A stretch of 64,000 bases of DNA, from assembly GCF_009914755.1 (NCBI RefSeq), contig NC_060933.1. One strand, given 5' to 3'. Position 1 is the stretch's first letter. Each line of letters opens with the position of its first letter. The notes under the pieces were generated by a model. It saw nothing but the letters and a program-made list of their open reading frames with translations, searched no databases and had not been told where the DNA came from. Source of the DNA: the human T2T-CHM13v2.0 reference genome, Homo sapiens. This document shows, one piece after another, positions 54,901 to 64,000 of this stretch. The position numbers and the translations under genes were made by a program.

Positions 54901-57900
54901 TTCCGTTCCGGATGATTCCATTCCATTGCATTCCATTCCATTCCATTCCCCTGCAGTCGGGTTGATTCCTTTCCATTCCATTCCATTCCATTCCATTCTA
55001 TTCCATTCCGTTCCATTCCATTCCATTCCATTCTATTCGGGTTAATTCCATTGCATTCCATTCCATTCCATTCCAATCGAGTTACTTCCATTCCATTCCA
55101 TTCCATTCCACTCCATTCCAGTCCTTTCCATTCCATTCCACTCGGGTTGATTCCATTCTATTCCTTTCCATTCCATTCCATTGCAATCGAGTTGATTCCA
55201 TTGCATTGCATTCCATTCCATTCCATTCCATTCCGGATGATTCCATTCCATTGCATTCCATTCCATTCCATTCCCCTGCACTCGGGTTGATTCCATTCCA
55301 TTCCACTCCATTCCGTTCCATTCCATTCCATTCCATTGTATTCGGGTTAATTCCATTCCATTCCATTCCTTTCCATTCCATTACAATCGAGTTGATTCCA
55401 TTCCATTCCATTCCATTCCATTCCATTCCATTCCTTTCCATTCCATTCCACTCGGGTTGATTCCATTCTATTAGTTTCCATTCCATTCCATTCCCTTCCA
55501 TTCCACTCTGGTTGATTCCATTCCTTTCCATTCCACTCGTATGCATTCCGTCCTATTCCACTCGGAACAATTCCATTCCATTCCATTCCATTCCATTCCA
55601 TTCCATTCCATTCCATTCCACTCGTGTTGATTCCATTCCTTTCCATTCCATTCGGTTTGAAGCCATTCCATTCCATTCAATTCCATTCCATTCCATTCCG
55701 TTCCATTCCATTTCATTCCATTGTACTCGGGTTGATTCCATTCCATTGCATTCCATTCCATTCCATTCAATTCCATTCCGTTCCATTCCATTCCATTACA
55801 TTCGGATTGATTCTATTCAACTCCCTTACTCTCAATTACATTCCATTCCATTCGGATTGATTCTATTCAACTCTCTTACTCTCCATTACATTACATTCCA
55901 TTCGGGTTGTTCCATTCCATTCCATTCCATTCCACTCCATTCCATTGCACTCGGGTTGATTCCATTCCATTCCATTCCATTCCATTCCATTCCATTCCAT
56001 TCCATTCCGGATGATTCCATTCCATTGCATTCCGTTCCATTACATTCCCCTGCACTCGGGTTGATTCCATTCCATTCCATTCCATTCCATTCGTTTCCAT
56101 TCCATTCCAATTCTTTCCTTTCCATTCTATTCCGTACCATTCCATTCCATTCCATACAAATCCATTCCATTCCATTCCATTCCTTTCCGTTCCGTTCCGT
56201 TCCGTTCCGTTCCATTCCATTCCATTCCATTCTATTCGGGTTAATTCCATTTCATTCCATTCCATTCCATTCTATTGCATTCCATTGCAATCGAGTTGAA
56301 TCCATTGCATTCCATTCCATTCCATTCCATTCCATTCCGGAAGATTCCATTCCATTGCAATCTATTCCATTCCATTCCCCTGCACTCGCGTTGATTCCAT
56401 TCCATTTCATTCCATTCCATTCCATTACATTCGGATAGATTCTATTCAATTCCCTTATTCTCCATTACATTCCATTCCATTCGGGATGTTTCCATTCCAT
56501 TCCATTCCATTCCACTCCATTCCATTGCATCAGGTTGATTGCATTCCATTCCATTCCATTCCGTTCCGGATGATTCCATTCCATTGCATTCCATTCCATT
56601 CCATTCCCCTGCAGTCGGGTTGATTCCATTCCATTGCATTCCATTCCATTCCATTCCATTCCATTCTTTTCCATTCCATTCCATTCCATTCTATTCGGGT
56701 TAATTCCAATCCATTCCATTCCATTCCATTCCAATCGACTTGATTCCATTCCATTCCATTCCATTCCATTCCACTCTATTCCAGTCCTTTCCATTCCATT
56801 CCACTCGGGTTGATTCCATTCTATTCCTTTCCATTCCATTCCATTCCATTGCAATCGAGTTGATTCCATTTCTTTGTATTCCGTTCCATTCCATTCCATT
56901 CCATTATATTCGGGTTAATTCCATTGCATTCCATTCCATTCCATTCCATTCCATTCCATTCCATTCCATTCCATTCCATTCCATTACACTGGAGTTGATT
57001 CCATTCCATTCCATTCCATTCCATTCCATTCCAGTCCTTTCCATTCCATTCCACTCGGGTTGATTCCATTCTACTAGTTTCCATTCCATTCCATTCCCTT
57101 CCATTCCACTCTGGTTGATTCCATTCCTTTCCATTCCACTCGAATACATTCCCTCCTATTCCACTCGGAACGATTCCATTCCATTCCATTCCATTCCATT
57201 CCATTCCATTCCATTCCATTCCGTTCCGTTCCATTCCATTCCATTCGATTTAATTTCGTTCCATTCCATTCTATTCCGTACCATTCCATTCCAATCAATT
57301 CCATTCCATTCCATTCCATTCCATTTCGTTCCATTCCATTCTATTCCGTACCATTCCATTCCATTCCATTCCATTCCATTCCATTCCATTCCACTCCATT
57401 CCATTCCATTCCATTCCATTCCATTCCACTCGTGTTGATTCCATTCCTTTCCATTCCATTCAGTTTGAAAGCATTCCATTCCATTCCATTCCATTCCATT
57501 CTATTCCATTCTATTCCATTCCATTGTACTCGGGTTGATTCCATTCCATTGCATTCCATTCCATTCCATTCCATTCCATTCCATTCCATTCCGTTCCATT
57601 CCATTCCATTACATTCGGATTGATTCTTTTCAACTCCCTTACTCTCCATTACATTCCATTCCATTCGGGTTGTTCCATTCCATTCCATTCCATTCGACTC
57701 CATTCCATTGCACTCGGGTTGATTCCACTCCATTCCATTCCATTCCATTCCGGATGATTCCATTCCATTGCATTCCGTTCCATTCCATTCCCCTGCACTC
57801 GGGTTGATTCCATTCCATTCCATTCCATTCCATTCCATTCCATTCCATTCGTTTCCATTCCAGTCTTTTCCATTCCATTCCACTCGGGTTGATTCCATTC

Positions 57901-60900
57901 TATTAGTTTCCATTCCATTCCATTCCCTTCCATTCCACTCTGGTTGATTCCATTCCTTTCCATTCCACTCGAATACATTCCCTGCTATTCCACTCGGAAC
58001 GGTTCCATTCCATTCCATTCCATTCCATTCCATTCCATTTCGTTCCATTCCATTCTGTTCCGTATCATTCCATTCCATTCCATTCCATTCCATTCCATTC
58101 CATTCCATTCCACTCGTGTTGATTCCATTCCTTTCCATTCCATTCGGTTTGAAGGCATTCCATTCCATTCCATTCCATTCCTTTCCATTCCATTCCATTG
58201 TACTCGGGTTGATTCCATTCCATTGCATTCCATTCCATGCCATTCCATTCCATTCCATTCCATTCCATTCCGTTCCATTCCATTCCATTACATTCGGGTT
58301 GATTCTATTCAACTCCCTTACTCTCCATTACATTCCATTCCATTCGGGTTGTTCCATTCCATTCCATTCCATTCCACTCCATTCCATTGCACTCGGGTTG
58401 ATTCCATTCCATTCCATTCCATTCCATTCCATTCCGGATGATTCCATTCCATTGCATTCCGTTCCATTCCATTCCCCTGCACTCGCGTTGATTCCATTCC
58501 ATTCCATTCCATTCCATTCAATTCCATTCCATTACAATTCGTTCCATTCCATTCTATTCCGTACCATTCCATTCCATTCCATAACATTCCATTCCATTCC
58601 ATTCCATTCCATTCCATTCCATTCCGTTCCATTCCGTTCCATTCCTTTCCATTCCATTCTATTCGGGTTAATTCCATTCCATTCCATTCCATTCCATTCC
58701 ATTCCATTCCATTCCATTCCATTCTATTCCATTCCATTGCAATCGAGTTGAATCAATTGCATTTCATTCCATTCCATTCCATTCCATTCCATTCCGGAAG
58801 ATTCCATTCCATTGCATTCCATTCCATTCCATTCCCCTGCACTCGCGTTGATTCCATTCCATTCCATTCCATTCCATTCCATCCATTCCATTCCGTTTCG
58901 TTCCATTCCATTCCATTCCATTCCGTTCCGTTCCATTCCATTCCATTCCATTCTATTCGGGTTAATTCCATTCCATTCCATTCGATTGCAATCGAGTTGA
59001 TTCCATTCCATTCCACTCCATTCCATTCCATTCCATTCCATTCCTTTCCATTCCATTACGGATGATTCCATTCCATTGCATTCCATTCCATACCATTCCC
59101 CTGTACTCGGGTTGATTCCATTCCATTCCATTCCAATCCATGCCATTCCACTCGTGTTGATTCCATTCTTTCCATTCCATTCAAGTTGAATCCATTCCAT
59201 TGCATTCCATTCCATTCCATTCCCCTGCAGTCGGGTTGTTTCCATTCCATTCCATTCCATTCCATTCCGTTCCGTTCCATTCCATTCCATTCCATTACAT
59301 TCTATTCGGGTTAATTCCATTCCATTCCATTCCATTCCATTCCATTCCATTCCATTCCAATCGAGTTGATTCCATTCCATTCCATTCCATTCCATTCCAT
59401 TCCATTCCACTCCATTCCAGTCCTTTCCATTCCATTCCACTCGGGTTGATTCCAATGTATTCCATTCCATTCCATTCCATTCCATTCCATTACAATCGAG
59501 TTGATTCCATTCCATTCCATTCCATTCCAGTCCTTTCCATTCCATTCCTCTCGGGTTGATTCCATTCTATTAGTTTCCATTCCATTCCATTCCCTTCCAT
59601 TCCACTCTGGTTGATTCCATTCCTTTCCATTCCACTCGAATACATTCCCTCCTATTCCACTCGGAACGATTCCATTCCATTCCATTCCATTCCATTCCAT
59701 TCCATTCCATTCCATTCCATTGTACTCGGGTTGATTCAATTCCATTGCATTCCATTCCATTCCATTCCATTCCATTCCATTCCGTTGCATTCCATTCCAT
59801 TACATTCGGATTGATTCTATTCAACTACCTTACTCTCCATTACATTCCATTCCATTCGGGTTGTTCCATTCCATTCCATTCCATTCCACTCCATTCCATT
59901 GCACTCGGGTTGATTCCATTCCATTCCATTCCATTCCATTCCATTCCATTCCATTCCGGATGATTCCATTCCATTGCATTCCGTTCCATTACATTCCCCT
60001 GCACTCGCGTTGATTCCATTCCATTCCATTCAATTCCATTCCATTACAATTCGTTCCATTCCATTCTATTCCGTACCATTCCATTCCATTCCATACCATT
60101 CCATTCCATTCCATTCCATTCCATTCCGTTCCATTCCGTTCCATTCCATTCCATTCCATTCTCTTCGAATTAATTCCATTCCATTCCATTCCATTCCATT
60201 CTATTCCATTCCATTGCAATCGAGTTGAATCCATTGCATTTCATTCCATTCCATTCCATTCCATTCCATTCCGGAAGATTCCATTCCATTGCATTCCATT
60301 CCATTCCATTCCCCTGCACTCGCGTTGATTCCATTCCATTCCATTCCATTCCATTCCATTCCATTCCGTTCCGTTCCGTTCCGTTCCATTCCATTCCATT
60401 CCATTCCGTTCCGTTCCGTTCCATTCCATTCCATTCCATTCTATTCCGGTTAATTCCATTCCATTCCATTCGATTGCAGTCGAGTTGATTCCATTCCATT
60501 CCATTCCATTCCATTCCATTCCATTCCATTCCATTCCAATCGAGTTGATTCCATTCCATTCCATTCCATTCCATTCCATTCGACTCCATTCCAGTCCTTT
60601 CCATTCCATTCCACTCGGGTTGATTCCAATTTATTCCTTTCCATTCCAGTCCATTCCATTGCAATCGAGTTGATTCCATTGCTTTGCATTCCATTCCATT
60701 CCATTCCATTCCGGATGAGTCCTTTCCATTGCATTGCATTCCATTCCATTCCCCTGCACTCGGGTTGATTCCATTCCATTCCACTCCATTCCGTTCCATT
60801 CCATTCCATTCCATTGTATTCGGGTTAATTCCATTCCATTCCATTCCATTCCATTCCATTCCATTACAATCGAGTTGATTCCATTCCATTCCATTCCATT

Positions 60901-63900
60901 CCAGTCCTTTCCATTCCATTCCACTCGGGTTGATTCCATTCTATTAGTTTCCATTCCATTCCATTCCCTTCCATTCCACTCTGGTTGATACCATTCCTTT
61001 CCATTCCACTCGAATACATTCCCTCGTATTCCACTCGGAACGATTCCATTCCATTCCATTCCATTCCATTCCATTCCATTCCATTCCATTTCGTTCCATT
61101 CCATTCTATTCCGTATCATTCCATTCCATTCCATTCGATTCCATTCCATTCCATTCCATTCCATTCCATTCCATTCCATTGTACTCAGGTTGATTCAATT
61201 CCATTGCATTCCATTCCATTCCATTCCATTCCATTCCATTCCGTTGCATTCCATTCCATTACATTCGGATTGATTCTATTCACCTCCCTTACTCTCCATT
61301 ACATTCCATTCCATTCGGGTTGTTCCATGCCATTCCATTCCATTCCACTCCATTCCATTGCACTCGGGTTGTTCCATTCCATTCCATTCCATTCCATTCC
61401 ATTCCATTCCGGATGATTCCATTCCATTGCATTCCGTTCCATTACATTCCCCTGCACTCGCTTTGATTCCATTCCATTCCATTCCATTCCATTCAATTCC
61501 ATTCCATTACAATTCGTTCCATTCTATTCTATTCCGTACCATTCCATTCCATTCCATGCCATTCCATTCCTTTCCATTCCATTCCATTCCGTTCCATTCC
61601 GTTCCATTCCATTCCATTCCATTCTATTCGGATTAATTCCATTCCATTCCATTCCATTCCATTCCATTCTATTCCATTCCATTGCAATCGAGTTGAATCC
61701 ATTGCATTTCATTCCATTCCATTCCATTCCATTCCATTCCGGAAGTTTCCATTCCATTGCATTCCATTCCATTCCATTCCCCTGCACTCGCGTTGATTCC
61801 ATTCCATTCCATTCCATTCCGTTCCGTTCCATTCCATTCCATTCCATTCCGTTCCGTTCCATTCCATTCCATTCCATTCTATTCGGGTTAATTCCATTCC
61901 ATTCCGTTCGATTGCAATCGAGTTGATTCCATTCCATTCCATTCCATTCCATTCCATTCCATTCCATTCCATTCCTTTCCATTCCATTACGGATGATTCC
62001 ATTCCATTGCATTCCATTCCATTCCATTCCCCTGTACTCGGGTTTATTCCATTCCATTCCATTCCAATCCATGCCATTCCACTCGTGTTGATTCCATTCT
62101 TTCCATTCCATTCAAGTTGAATCCATTCCATTGCATTCCATTCAATTTGATTCCATTCGATTGCACTCGGGTTGATTCCATTCCATTGCATTCCATTCCA
62201 TTCCATTCCATTCCATTCCATTCCATTCCATTCCGTTCCATTCCATTCCATTACATTCGGATTGATTCTATTCAATTCCCTTACACTGCATTACATTCCA
62301 TTCCATTCGGGTAGTTTCCATTCCATTCCATTCCATTCCCCTCCATTCCATTGCACTCGGGTTGATTCCATTCCATTGCATTCCATTCCATTCCATTCAA
62401 TTCCATTCCGTTCCATTCAATTCCATTACATTCGGATTGATTCTATTCAACTCCCTTACTCTCCATTCCATTCCATTCCATTCGGGTTGTTCCATTCCAT
62501 TCCATTCCATTCCACTCCATTCCATTGCACTCGGGTTGATTCCATTCCATTCCATTCCATTCCATTCCATTCCATTCCATTCCATTCCATTACAATCGAG
62601 TTGATTCCTTTCCATTCCATTCCATTCCAGTCCTTTCCATTCCATTCCACTCGTGTTGATTCCATTCTATTAGTTTCCATTCCATTCCATTCCCTTCCAT
62701 TCCACTCTGGTTGATTCCATTCCTTTCCATTCCACTCGAATACATTCCCTCCTATTCCACTTGGAACGATTCCATTCCATTCCATTCCATTCCATTCCAT
62801 TCCATTCCATTCCATTTCGTTCCATTCCATTTTATTCCGTATGATTCCATTCCATTCCATTCCATTCAATTCCATTCCATTCCATTCCATTGTACTCGGG
62901 TTGATTCCATTCCATTCCATTCCATTCCATTCCATTCCATTCCATTCCATTCCGTTCCATTCCATTACATTCGGATTGATTCTTTTCAACTCCCTTACTC
63001 TCCATTACATTCCATTCCATTCGGATTGTTCCATTCCATTCCATTCCATTCCACTCCATTCCATTGCACTCGGGTTGATTCCATTCCATTCCATTGCATT
63101 CCATTCCGGATGATTCCATTCCATTGCATTCTGTTCCATTACATTCCCCTGCAATCGGGTTGATTCCATTCCATTCCATTCCATTCCATTCGATTCCATT
63201 CCATTCCCCTGAACTCGCGTTGATTCCATTCCATTCCATTCCATTCCATTCCATTCCATTCCATTCCATTCCTTTCCATTCCAGTCCTTTCCATTCCATT
63301 CCACTCGCGTTGATTCCATTCTATTAGTTTCCATTCCATTCCATTCCCTTCCATTCCACTCTGGTTGATTCCATTCCTTTCCATTCCACTCGAATACATT
63401 CCCTCCTGTTCCACTCGGAACGATTCCATTCCATTCCATTCCATTCCATTCCATTCCATTCCATTCCATTTCGTTCCATTCCATTCTATTCCGTATCATT
63501 CCATTCCATTCCTTTCCATTCCATTCCACTCGTGTTGATTTCATTCCTTTCCATTCCATTCGGTTTGAAGGCATTCCATTCCATTCCATTCCATTCGATT
63601 CCATTCCATTCCAGTCCATTCCATACCATTGTACTCGGGTTGATTCCATTCCATTGCATTCCATTCCATTCCATTCCATTCCATTCCGTTGCATTCCATT
63701 CCATTACATTCGGATTGATTCTATTCAACTCCCTTACTCTCCATTACATTCCATTCCATTCGGGTTGTTCCATTCCATTCCATTCCATTCCACTCCATTC
63801 CATTGCACTCGGATTCATTCCATTCCATTCCATTCCATTCCGGATGATTCCATTCCATTGCATTCCGTTCCATTACATTCCCCTGCACTCGGGTTGATTC

Positions 63901-64000
63901 CATTCCATTCCATTCCTTTCCATTCGATTCCATTCCATTCCAATTCTTTCCATTCCATTCTATTCCGTACCATTCCATTCCATTCCATACAATTCCATTC

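Larger units (their letters stand above)
29564..64000 (-). repeat. Human Satellite 3 array, inverted orientation ((ATTCC)n on +)
   Basis: Continuous ATTCC pentamers with ACTCGGGTTG, AATCGAGTTG, CCCCTGCACTCGCGTTG etc., which are the reverse complements of the modules in the left domain. Confidence 0.97.

Noticed and set aside
11-63978. Hundreds of ORFs encoding (MEWNG)n or (FHSIP)n, up to 377 aa (51759-52892)
   Set aside because: GGAAT and ATTCC repeats are stop-free in every frame and GGAAT supplies an ATG every 5 bp, so overlapping ORFs in all six frames are expected. They have no domain content. A poly-WNGME product is known from the SCA31 (TGGAA)n expansion, but nothing here supports translation.
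1-64000. CRISPR-like repeat/spacer pattern or other prokaryotic system
   Set aside because: The apparent spacers are a small recurring set of pentamer-derived variants, not unique sequences. There are no constant-length repeats and no cas or other genes.
1-64000. HSat2, alpha satellite, telomeric repeat, Alu/L1/ERV insertion
   Set aside because: CATTCGATTC is only sporadic. There is no 171-bp monomer, no TTAGGG array (TAAGGG is isolated), and no poly-A tail, target-site duplication or non-satellite stretch.
1-64000. Single strict higher-order repeat such as the 3.5-kb DYZ1 unit
   Set aside because: Marker spacings are irregular (about 0.6, 0.9, 2.8, 5.3, 6.4, 9.8, 17 and 25 kb), and GAATTC sites (6994, 16448, 17336, 24253, 26385, 30264, 53454, 54823) are not periodic.

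Overview
The whole 64 kb window is classical Human Satellite 3 (HSat3 / Satellite III; human or great-ape pericentromeric heterochromatin). It consists of (GGAAT)n pentamers punctuated by a small vocabulary of variant modules such as CAACCCGAGT, CAACTCGATTG, CAACGCGAGTGCAGGGG, CATCCGG and CTTCCGG. I see no genes, transposons or unique sequence, and the ORF track is an artefact of the stop-free pentamer. The main structural feature is a single, sharp strand inversion at about 29,560: the G-rich strand is on + for 1-29,558 and on - for 29,564-64,000. The join sits on a 5-bp microhomology (CGAGT) and forms a 12-bp perfect hairpin stem with a 4-nt loop, inside a window-wide imperfect inverted repeat. 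Further layers are (i) about 40 copies, counted by eye, of a perfect three-unit heat-shock element (GGAATCTTCCGGAAT) in a fixed CpG-rich module context, (ii) nested kb-scale duplications with offsets of about 0.9, 2.8, 5.3, 6.4, 17, 24.6 and 26 kb and no single clean higher-order period, and (iii) a nearly one-directional slip of the pentamer register. Counts and block boundaries were read by eye and are approximate. Chromosome and subfamily cannot be fixed without alignment.
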